From a bacterium (GTDB taxonomy: Bacteria > Zhuqueibacterota > Zhuqueibacteria > Zhuqueibacterales > Zhuqueibacteraceae): a stretch of DNA of 45,952 nucleotides. Below are positions 38,329 to 45,952 of the stretch, piece by piece (within the stretch, counting starts at the first letter, position 1; every line of letters starts with the position of its first letter). Location: the NCBI GenBank assembly GCA_044869275.1, contig JBIOXB010000024.1, forward strand, positions 1 to 45,952. The letters are read 5' to 3'. Below the pieces are notes generated by a model. It made no database searches, was not told the origin of the DNA, and saw only the letters and a list, made by a program, of their open reading frames with translations. The translations under genes were made by a program, and so were the position numbers.

Positions 38329-41300
38329 CGTTGAATTACCAATTTGCCGATTTCTTCCGAAAGTAGGGTTTCACCGTTTTCGGAGGAAGCGCGGCGAGCG
38401 CTGATTTTATAGAGATAAACCCCGTTTGCCGGGCGATCGCCATCGGCGTCCAGCCCGTCCCATGGCACCATGTTAAACCCTGCCAGCACCTCGGTTGGTT
38501 CCATTTCCAGTTTGCGAATGAGACGGCCGGCGATGGTGTAAATCTTGATTTCGACTTCGGCGTTCGGCTGATTCAATTCAAAGGTAAAAGAAGTATGGTT
38601 GCGCAGCGGATTGGGATAATTCATCACGTTGAAGAGCTGCAGCTGGTCTTGCGCCACCATCACAAACTCCGCCGAGGCAGTGTTTGAGTTATTGAAATTG
38701 TCCCAGGCTTTCACCTCCACTGTGTGCCGGCCCTCAGAAAGATTTCCCAGCACGTAACGCAAGCTCCCGCGCGTGTAACTGCCGGAGTTGTAGCTGAACA
38801 AATCGGTTACGTCGAGTTTGCCGGCGGAATTGCCGTCCAGTTCCAGCGTAATGTTGTGCCCAATCTCCCCAGCAAGGTTGATGCCTGAAAGCGTGTCATG
38901 AAGGATCACTTCGAGCACGGGATTGAGCCCGACATACCCGCCACTGGTGAAGCCCGTCGCTCCGGCAAAACCGATCTGAATCTCCGGCCCTTGTTGGTCC
39001 ACCAGGCTCGTGTTGGTGCTGCCAATTTTCAAGTTCGCACGGTAGCCGTTGCCGTCGGTGGAATCGTTCCAAAAATAAGCTGCCAACCGGCCGCGGCTCG
39101 CGCCGTAGGTGATATCCTTGGGCGCGATGAATTGCACTTCAAATTGGCCGTTCACCACCGGTGCCTCGCCACGGAAAATGGAATTGCCGGGCAGATCGTA
39201 ATTGATGGTAATGCCGGCATTGCGATAATCCACGCGGCGTTCGGTATCGAATGCTTCCAGGCGGACCTGGCCGTTGAAGTTTGCCGCCAACTGGCCGTCT
39301 CGTTTCACCACGCCCCGTACGCGCGTGACTGCCAGCGCTTTGAGCGTATCCGGCGAGGTCAATTCCGTGGTGTAACGCGGAATCGCCAGGCGCATGCTGG
39401 GATCGCCGTAGAGATGGAATTTTTCATCATTGACGGTGCTGAAATTACCCGTTTGGGCGCGCGCCCGCATATGGGCAATTCCCAGGGGAGTGGAAATCTG
39501 GCCATTGCTGAACAGATTCTGAAATAAAGCTTGGTTGAGAGCCGCATTATAATTGGAAAAAACATCGCGTGTGGTCGCAAAGACGGCAACAGCGCCTCTT
39601 TGCGGCAAGAGCAAAAGCTGCTCGGCAAAACTCTGGCGTTCCGGCATGTCGAACTTGCCGAACGTGCAGGTCGCAGCCACCCATAAGGCCTGGCGGTCGC
39701 CGTTTTGGATGCGGTCCAAATCCGTGGAGAGCTCGAGCACGCGCTCGTGTGTCCAGACATTGGGATTGCCATGGCCGGTGTAATTGACCAGCAGGGCGCC
39801 ACTGTTGAGCAATCGCAACAGTGTTTCCGTGGCCGCAGGCTTGCGGATGCCCGAGATCGAAGCGCTTTGCACCGCGGGGAATTCGGTGAGATAGACTTTC
39901 TTGATGTCGAAATACGCCGGCGTTCTGAGATCGACCAGCTCTTCGGTATCCACGATATGCACTGTTTCAATTGACAGTGGCACACCGCCGGCATAGTTCT
40001 CGTCGTCGGCGACCATGACGACGGTATTGCGCCACGGGCCGAAGTCCGGCGCGGTTTCATACTTGATGAGCTTATCCATGTATGCCTGGGCCTCGGTCAA
40101 GCTGCGCACAGGCAGACGGCCGATCGCCATGTCCATGGTATAATCCCCGTCACCGCCCACGAGATAGGTGAACCAGCTATCGGTGACACGATAGTTTTCG
40201 GCCTCGGAATTATAGTCTTCGGTATGATAGGTTGGAATCCAGTTCTTGTCAGTTTTGACGAGAATGTTTTTGGGGTCGTAATCGCCGTCGCCGAAGAGTA
40301 CGACGTACGTTGGCCGGGTCTGCCAGTTCGCATAGGCGTATAGCAAAAAATCGCGAATGGCCACGGGATCGTACATGCCGCAGGAGAATTCGTCGAACAC
40401 GTCTTGAATGTTAACGACTTCGACCGCCATCCTTTGGTTGGAATCACCGTTGTGCCAGTTTTCGCGCAGGCTTTCCAAGCGCTGCGCCTGCGAGACGAAA
40501 TCATCGTGGGTGATCACGATCATATCCGCGGCGTTTTGAGACGAGCGTAAACTGGAGGGTGAATCGCGCTCGATTTGGGCCGCATCAACATTGGCAAAAG
40601 CCGCGCTGGTGGCAGCCAGATAACGCCGGGGCACGCGCGGGTGGGCCGCATCGGCAAAAGTGATCTGCGCGCCGTTGAGCTGCCAGTTGTCAGCGCTCAG
40701 CCTGGAGACGTTGCTGAAGTCGCTGACTTCGAACAGCCAGAAATCTTGCGAATTGACGTTGTCCAAGCGATAAGCGACCGGGGTGGAGCTGCGGCGGCCG
40801 TCAAAAAGCAAGAGCGGGCCTGGCATGCGCAAGTGACGCTCGTATTTGAACTCGAAATAATCCATGTACAGCCGTGCTACGTCACCAGCACCGCTGTAGA
40901 TCAGCTGAATCTCATTTTCACCGTTTCTGCTCACGCCACGCAGCGGCACATCTCGTGGCTGTGTTCTGGTACTAATGCCGGAATAGGTGAATTCGCCCAA
41001 ATCCTGGCCGTTGAAAGAGATCGACAACCCATGTGATGGGCCAAAAACGCCGCTGACAGCAGGCGCGTAGACCACAAGTTTCAAAGAATCCGTCACTTCA
41101 GTCACCGGATCAGTCAACTGAATGCGATAGCGGCGCGTATTGATGTTGCCAGCATTGGTGAAAAGATGGCCAAGCCAGGTCTGATCCGATTCCAGCCAAA
41201 CATTGGATTCTTCTTCCACAAACAGCTTGTCCTGGAAGGAGGTGGTGGCAGTGAGACCCGCCGGAGGAATAGTCGCCCTCAAATTCATGCGTTTGGCCGG

Positions 41301-42410
41301 AGGTGCGCCGGGGATGGGATCGACGGCAATCCAATAATAATTATTGAAGCCAAAGTGATTAAGGTAATGCCGCGACGCGCCGTTGGTGGAATCAAACGCA
41401 AAGCCTTCCACGCCGCGGCCATAAAACAAAATGAAATCATTGGCATCGAGACGGCCGTCGCCGCCGTCAGAAACGTAAATTGCGTTTTCAACCAACCCCT
41501 CAGGCGCAGGACGGGGCACGCGGAGCAAACGCGGCAATTCACGGCCGCCGTTATTGTAGAGGCGAATCTCGCTTGCAGAAATAGCGCCCGACACTTTCGA
41601 CGCGAGCGCTTGGCCGGTGATGCGATAAATGCCTTCCTTAGTGATCGGGAATTTGTAAAGCGGAACTTCGGCAAACGGTGAACTGATCTTCTTCAGGGCA
41701 GGCGAGGTTTCCGTGCGGAATGCCCGAGCTGCCGAATAATTCAGAATCATGCTGCGATAGAGAGACTCCTCGATCTCCGAGTCCACTCGAGGTGCCGCCA
41801 CGGCCACCCGGCCGCCGCTATGGCGCACGACGATGCGCGCTTCGTGCACAATGCGCAAGACCTTGGTCACTGGATTATACTGCAGGGGAGAAAACTGCAC
41901 ACGCAGAATGGTTTGCTGGCGAAATTGCGCAGGTGGATCGACTGCCACCTGAGTGGCGGGCTGGAAAGCATTTTGGCTGAAGGTTCTTTCATCCCTGCTA
42001 TATATAGGAAGAAAAGAATCGCCCTCTTTTTGGAATTCCGGCACGGGCGCAATCTCGATATTCTGGATCTCCTCAAGTCGCAGGGGCAGTATTGTAGCCT
42101 CAACCTGCGCTCCGGCAGGCACGCCAATCACGAAGCTGCGCCTCGGCAGGTTGGGAGCACCCTTTTCGGCCAATGACAGGCCGTTTTCAAAAAGAGGGGC
42201 CAGCAGTACCTGGTTCAATGCCGAGCCGGATGGCAGTGTATCCAATTTGAAGCGGCTGAGTTTGAAGTCGATGATCGTTTGTTGTGCTGTAGATTGATAT
42301 AGTTTCAAATCGCTATCAGACGCGGGAAGGGACTGGGCGTGCACGAAACCGAAAACAATTATTGGAAGAAAAGGTATGGTTCTCATTAAAAAACAAAGAG
42401 GAGAAAGCAT
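38325..42410 (-). CDS. porU: Type IX secretion sortase PorU (C25 gingipain-like)
   Basis: C25 propeptide, DEFS.G..DPVAIRDF, FGDGDYD, IGRLP, YTGHG and ATC catalytic dyad, KAWD..NNS, FlgD-type CTD. Confidence 0.92.
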   Translation of the reverse strand: MLSPLCFLMRTIPFLPIIVFGFVHAQSLPASDSDLKLYQSTAQQTIIDFKLSRFKLDTLPSGSALNQVLLAPLFENGLSLAEKGAPNLPRRSFVIGVPAGAQVEATILPLRLEEIQNIEIAPVPEFQKEGDSFLPIYSRDERTFSQNAFQPATQVAVDPPAQFRQQTILRVQFSPLQYNPVTKVLRIVHEARIVVRHSGGRVAVAAPRVDSEIEESLYRSMILNYSAARAFRTETSPALKKISSPFAEVPLYKFPITKEGIYRITGQALASKVSGAISASEIRLYNNGGRELPRLLRVPRPAPEGLVENAIYVSDGGDGRLDANDFILFYGRGVEGFAFDSTNGASRHYLNHFGFNNYYWIAVDPIPGAPPAKRMNLRATIPPAGLTATTSFQDKLFVEEESNVWLESDQTWLGHLFTNAGNINTRRYRIQLTDPVTEVTDSLKLVVYAPAVSGVFGPSHGLSISFNGQDLGEFTYSGISTRTQPRDVPLRGVSRNGENEIQLIYSGAGDVARLYMDYFEFKYERHLRMPGPLLLFDGRRSSTPVAYRLDNVNSQDFWLFEVSDFSNVSRLSADNWQLNGAQITFADAAHPRVPRRYLAATSAAFANVDAAQIERDSPSSLRSSQNAADMIVITHDDFVSQAQRLESLRENWHNGDSNQRMAVEVVNIQDVFDEFSCGMYDPVAIRDFLLYAYANWQTRPTYVVLFGDGDYDPKNILVKTDKNWIPTYHTEDYNSEAENYRVTDSWFTYLVGGDGDYTMDMAIGRLPVRSLTEAQAYMDKLIKYETAPDFGPWRNTVVMVADDENYAGGVPLSIETVHIVDTEELVDLRTPAYFDIKKVYLTEFPAVQSASISGIRKPAATETLLRLLNSGALLVNYTGHGNPNVWTHERVLELSTDLDRIQNGDRQALWVAATCTFGKFDMPERQSFAEQLLLLPQRGAVAVFATTRDVFSNYNAALNQALFQNLFSNGQISTPLGIAHMRARAQTGNFSTVNDEKFHLYGDPSMRLAIPRYTTELTSPDTLKALAVTRVRGVVKRDGQLAANFNGQVRLEAFDTERRVDYRNAGITINYDLPGNSIFRGEAPVVNGQFEVQFIAPKDITYGASRGRLAAYFWNDSTDGNGYRANLKIGSTNTSLVDQQGPEIQIGFAGATGFTSGGYVGLNPVLEVILHDTLSGINLAGEIGHNITLELDGNSAGKLDVTDLFSYNSGSYTRGSLRYVLGNLSEGRHTVEVKAWDNFNNSNTASAEFVMVAQDQLQLFNVMNYPNPLRNHTSFTFELNQPNAEVEIKIYTIAGRLIRKLEMEPTEVLAGFNMVPWDGLDADGDRPANGVYLYKISARRASSENGETLLSEEIGKLVIQR

Positions 42411-42427
42411 GTCTAAGTACCTAGCGG

Positions 42428-42613
42428 TTATTCAGATTCTTCAGTGTTCTTATCATTTTCAGCCTGAAGAGAATAAACGGTCACCAAGATGATGAAAGTA
42501 TAGCCGGCGAGCAGTGGCCAGCGGATATCTTCTCGCTGCGTTAATTCAAATCCAATGCCGAACAAGCTGATGGCGATATAAAGCCAGCGTCGAGGGGTTT
42601 TCCCGAAGTTCAT
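42428..42613 (-). CDS. Small two-TM hypothetical protein (61 aa)
   Basis: MNFGKTPRRW followed by two hydrophobic segments and an acidic tail, directly upstream of porU. Confidence 0.55.
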   Translation of the reverse strand: MNFGKTPRRWLYIAISLFGIGFELTQREDIRWPLLAGYTFIILVTVYSLQAENDKNTEESE

Positions 42614-42689
42614 TAAAAGAGTGACCGAAAATAAACCAGAGGTGTGTGAAATGCACCGAAAACCTATGAAAATAAACAAAATTCAACGT

Positions 42690-43400
42690 CTAATTGTTCC
42701 ATAAATATAGAGAAATTGCTCCTGTCCTCCAAGAGAAAGTTATAGCGGCAGGCTGTGAAGCTTTGAATTTTGCTAACCTTCAATTACTTTCAGCCCCATT
42801 GTTTCACCTTGAGGCATTGGATATGCACGCCTTGGTTATGGCTAATAACATGTTATCCACATTTTGTGGATTATCAAAAAATGCAGCAGAATTACGTAAC
42901 TGAAACGTGGAACGATTACAAATTGATTAAATTCCATTCACAACCTTTTAGTTGTGTGCCAGGATGCTGGAGCCACTACCTATGGTTATACATGCGGAAA
43001 TAAGTCTAAATACGTTGATTATTTTGAATTAATCCCGATAACAAAAATGCAAAAGAAAATGAATGAGTCTGATAGTAATACCCTTAACCTCAATATGGGA
43101 ATTAGTGACAAGACGGAAACAACTTCTCGGTATTGAGAAATGAGAACGAAGTGAGAAAGGTTATCCACATTCTGTTCACAGCTCTGAAAGCTGAGAGAAT
43201 ATGCTTGGTACTGTATCTTTACGCGACATGGGCAAAGAAAGAAGTTTTGATGATTTCGCTTGCGTCGTATGGTTTGAATCCATACCATATAATCCGCAAT
43301 CAATTTGTTGATTTTATGTTCACATTATAAAAAAATGAGATCACGACAGTGAATCTGATCACATAGCGACTAGTCTGAGCGAATCTTTCTATTTGTTTTT
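42690..43400. other. Candidate chromosomal replication origin (oriC)
   Basis: AT-rich region within a >1 kb intergenic gap; perfect TTATCCACA at 42853 and 43161; TGTGGATTA at 42865; degenerate boxes at 42934, 43172, 43290, 43316; IHF consensus on both strands at 43298-43313. Confidence 0.72.
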
Positions 43401-43742
43401 TTTGAACAAAAAGCAGTTAGATGAAGATCATGGCGCCCAATTAGGGCGCGTTTTGTTTTATAGGGTGGCCGATTTCCGTCTAATCGCAGGTGAAAGTGAT
43501 TGGGTACTGATCAGTATGTCACGCGGATGTTTGGTTCGCTCAAGCACGCAGAATAGAAAGATAGGGTCTTTTTTTGATTATGGCATGTTCCTTGCTCAAT
43601 CGTGAACTCGTTGTCTGACGTGCATTTTTGACAGGCAAGGCAAACAGAGCCTCAGGGTAGTGGAGAGAAGGACTGAGAATGCGGGTTTTCAGTCCGCACA
43701 ACTTCGCCAAATCGTATGTTGAACATATTTTTGGAGGAACAA

Positions 43743-44462
43743 ATGTCAACAGGGGAAAACCGCGGAGAGCGAAATCTAAGAGGACGCATCTCCAAAGTCA
43801 TCCTGTATGTCATTCTGACTGGCTTCAGCCTAACTGCTACGGTGTTGAGTGCGCGTTACTTCGCGCTATCCCGATCACAGGACGCCAAGATCGGCGAATT
43901 GCAGAAAGCTTTACACGAATTGTCCTCGAGGATGAACGTGGACAGCATTAGGCAGTACAGCATTCAGAAGGTGATCGCGATCATCGACCGGCACAATCCC
44001 AAAATGGAATCCAGCCTGAAGTATGAAATCGCGAACACTATCTACGAGATGAGCGTCAAGTATCCGAATCTCGACGTTGACCTCATCTGCGCGACGATCA
44101 CCCAAGAAACCGGACAGTCTTGGGATCCTCGCGTCATTTCCCCGGCCGGAGCAATGGGAATGATGCAGCTCATGCCGACGACAGGCATGTACGTAGCTGA
44201 GGTCGAAAGAGTCAATTGGACCACGCCGGAACAAGTATTGTTCAATCCCATTCTCAACATTCGCCTGGGCAGTCGCTACCTTTCGTCCATGATCGATGCT
44301 TTCGAGATCGACGGCGGCTTGGCAGCGTATAACGGCGGCCAGCGCATTGCGGCGAAATGGATCAAGGAAAATTACGCCGCCGGCATCTTGTATGCCGAAA
44401 CCGCGAATTACGTTCCGTCCGTGAAGAAGTTCTGGAAAGAATACCGTCAAATGACGATGTAG
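43743..44462 (+). CDS. Membrane-anchored lytic transglycosylase (SLT domain)
   Basis: N-terminal TM and coiled coil; ITQET (catalytic Glu), SPAGAMGMMQLMP, LAAYNGG, ETANYV. GGAGG RBS. Confidence 0.92.
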   Translation: MSTGENRGERNLRGRISKVILYVILTGFSLTATVLSARYFALSRSQDAKIGELQKALHELSSRMNVDSIRQYSIQKVIAIIDRHNPKMESSLKYEIANTIYEMSVKYPNLDVDLICATITQETGQSWDPRVISPAGAMGMMQLMPTTGMYVAEVERVNWTTPEQVLFNPILNIRLGSRYLSSMIDAFEIDGGLAAYNGGQRIAAKWIKENYAAGILYAETANYVPSVKKFWKEYRQMTM

Positions 44463-44487
44463 TTCTTTATCGACGTAGTTGTTTTCG

Positions 44488-44535
44488 GAGCCCCGGTTGA
44501 CACTAGGAAGTGTCAATTGGGGCTTCTTTATTTTT
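44488..44535 (+). terminator. Intrinsic terminator after the SLT gene
   Basis: GAGCCCCGGTTGACACT-AGGA-AGTGTCAATTGGGGCTT followed by a T-rich tract. Confidence 0.75.
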
Positions 44536-44623
44536 GCGGTATGTTGAGGAAGAGGGTTGCCGGCCTGTGCGCGGTCCTCATGCCCTCGAATTTCGGATTG
44601 GGGATTTCAAGTTCCGTGATGCT

Positions 44624-45853
44624 TCAAAATGCTTCCTCGATGCCGAAGTAAACGCCGTTGGTGTCCTTGCCAAAGCCAAAATCCACGCGCAGATTCACTT
44701 TTTCGGCCTGGTTGAACTTGACGCGCAAGCCGGCACCGTAGGATTTTTTGACATCGCGAATGCGTAAATCGTTGGTCTTGTCGCTCACCTCGCCCACCCC
44801 GAAGAAAGCCACCATGCCGAGCCGCCACCACAGGTATGTGCGGTATTCAATTTGGGCGGTCAGATAGTTCCGGTCGCGAAAGCGGCCTTGATAGTAACCG
44901 CGCATGCGGTTCTGCCCGCCCAGCGCCGGCATCTCGTAGAATGGCGGAAATGCTCTGGCGAAGCTGCCGTAAGCTTGCAAAGCAATGACGCGGTCGGGCG
45001 CAAGGGGAATGTACTCGCGCAAATCCACCTCGTATTTGTTGAATTCATAATCGCTGCCGATCTCATTAAAATAGAAGATCGCCTTGGCACGATGAAAACC
45101 GCCTTTGTTTGGAAAAAAAGTGTGATCGCGGCTGTCCCAGACCCAGGTCAGTCCAAGCCCTGAAATCACGCCACCCGCAGTACCGGCCGTTTCCCCGCCG
45201 AGCAGATAAGGATTGCTCTCCTTGTCCACGATCGTATTGTCGGAGAAATCGTAAATGATGCCTGATCTCAAGCTGATCTTAAGTGGGGAGGGCAGCTCGA
45301 AATCCAGCTCTGCACCGAACGCTTGCGAAACGTACCTGGCGTTGTCAATCTCGGGCGTGTCGTTGCCAATGCCGTAAAACTTGTCCACGTAATAGCCGAA
45401 GTCGAGCGCAGTGGAAATGAAGTACTTGTTCCTGGTAAAATACAATTGCGGTCCCAGTGAGATCTTATATTGCCCGGTGGTGGCATAGTAACCAGAGAGC
45501 AGGATTTTGGAAGGCCGCAGGATCCTGTCTTTTCCCGTGTAGAAAGTCAGAATCCCGCCGACGCCGAAAGCCACTTCCGTTTCGGGCGTGTAATACACGT
45601 AGGGATAGGCGCTGAGGCGATACTCGCGTGTGGCGGTGGTGATGCCAAGATTGCCCATGGCAGCGCTGTCCGGCAGCTCCTGGGCGAATGAACTCGCTGC
45701 GCACATCACAAGCAGCAGCGCCGAGTGCAGAAACAGGCTGCGGCTGCCCGGCGATTTACGTGCTGCTGCTTCACAATGCGAGGCGCAGATTTTGAGCTTC
45801 TGGCCTGCGGTCGTGCGGGTAAATTTGCGAGCGAAAATCTGCGCAATCAGCAT
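44624..45853 (-). CDS. Omp85/BamA-TamA-family barrel without POTRA domains
   Basis: YYTPET, WDSRD..FP, MRGYYQGRFRD, GAGLR, LRVDFG, terminal EEAF. GGAG upstream of ATG 45853. Confidence 0.88.
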   Translation of the reverse strand: MLIAQIFARKFTRTTAGQKLKICASHCEAAARKSPGSRSLFLHSALLLVMCAASSFAQELPDSAAMGNLGITTATREYRLSAYPYVYYTPETEVAFGVGGILTFYTGKDRILRPSKILLSGYYATTGQYKISLGPQLYFTRNKYFISTALDFGYYVDKFYGIGNDTPEIDNARYVSQAFGAELDFELPSPLKISLRSGIIYDFSDNTIVDKESNPYLLGGETAGTAGGVISGLGLTWVWDSRDHTFFPNKGGFHRAKAIFYFNEIGSDYEFNKYEVDLREYIPLAPDRVIALQAYGSFARAFPPFYEMPALGGQNRMRGYYQGRFRDRNYLTAQIEYRTYLWWRLGMVAFFGVGEVSDKTNDLRIRDVKKSYGAGLRVKFNQAEKVNLRVDFGFGKDTNGVYFGIEEAF

Positions 45854-45883
45854 TATTGTCTCCGATGCTCCCAGTTGCTTGCT

Positions 45884-45952
45884 TCATATCCCCACGGTGA
45901 GTCCCAGCATGAAGTGGATTTGCGTCATGTAGGAGTTAAGCGTGTGCTCATA
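45884..45952 (-). CDS. C-terminal fragment of an upstream protein, possibly an outer-membrane beta-barrel
   Basis: Open frame YEHTLNSYMTQIHFMLGLTVGI* running from the window edge with an alternating hydrophobic last strand. Confidence 0.45.
   Translation of the reverse strand, partial: YEHTLNSYMTQIHFMLGLTVGI

Noticed and set aside
43298..43313. FNR box
   Set aside because: The half-sites are in the order ATCAA-N4-TTGAT, the reverse of FNR; the sequence fits IHF better.
43625..43715. c-di-GMP or c-di-AMP riboswitch upstream of the SLT gene
   Set aside because: GGCAAAC and one hairpin (GGACTGAG/TTCAGTCC) are present, but the other conserved elements of either class are missing.
42694..43749. 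Short ORFs in the AT-rich gap
   Set aside because: Overlapping, no recognisable motifs, atypical composition; better explained as non-coding origin or regulatory DNA.

Overview
Chromosomal window from a moderately GC-rich diderm bacterium. The gene repertoire (PorU, PorV/PorQ-family barrel, FlgD-type C-terminal domains, GWxTD proteins) suggests an FCB-group lineage such as candidate division KSB1 or a Calditrichota-like organism; this is inference. From left to right it contains: the 3' end of an ISL3-like transposase next to an Rrf2-led sulfate uptake operon (rrf2, yezD/oscA-like, OprO/P-family porin, sbp, cysT); a 4Fe-4S membrane protein that appears internally deleted; an NADP oxidoreductase; an aldehyde dehydrogenase; a HEPN gene with an atypical partner; and an orphan CoA-transferase beta subunit. 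Next comes a TonB-dependent receptor / large CTD-bearing protein / PorV-like barrel cassette, then tmRNA (tag ADNYAYAVAA), argR, an M1 peptidase, a GH13 enzyme, a HEAT-repeat protein and yitJ. An envelope cluster follows, with three GWxTD-domain proteins, a zincin-PD40-Omp85 fusion, Prc, glutaredoxin, thioredoxin and PorU. The window ends with an AT-rich intergenic region carrying DnaA boxes and IHF sites (candidate oriC with no dnaA nearby), a lytic transglycosylase and a POTRA-less Omp85 protein. The best leads for an undescribed system are the GWxTD/Omp85/PorU cluster and the SusD-less TBDR-CTD-PorV cassette. All calls come from motifs read by eye; no searches were run.
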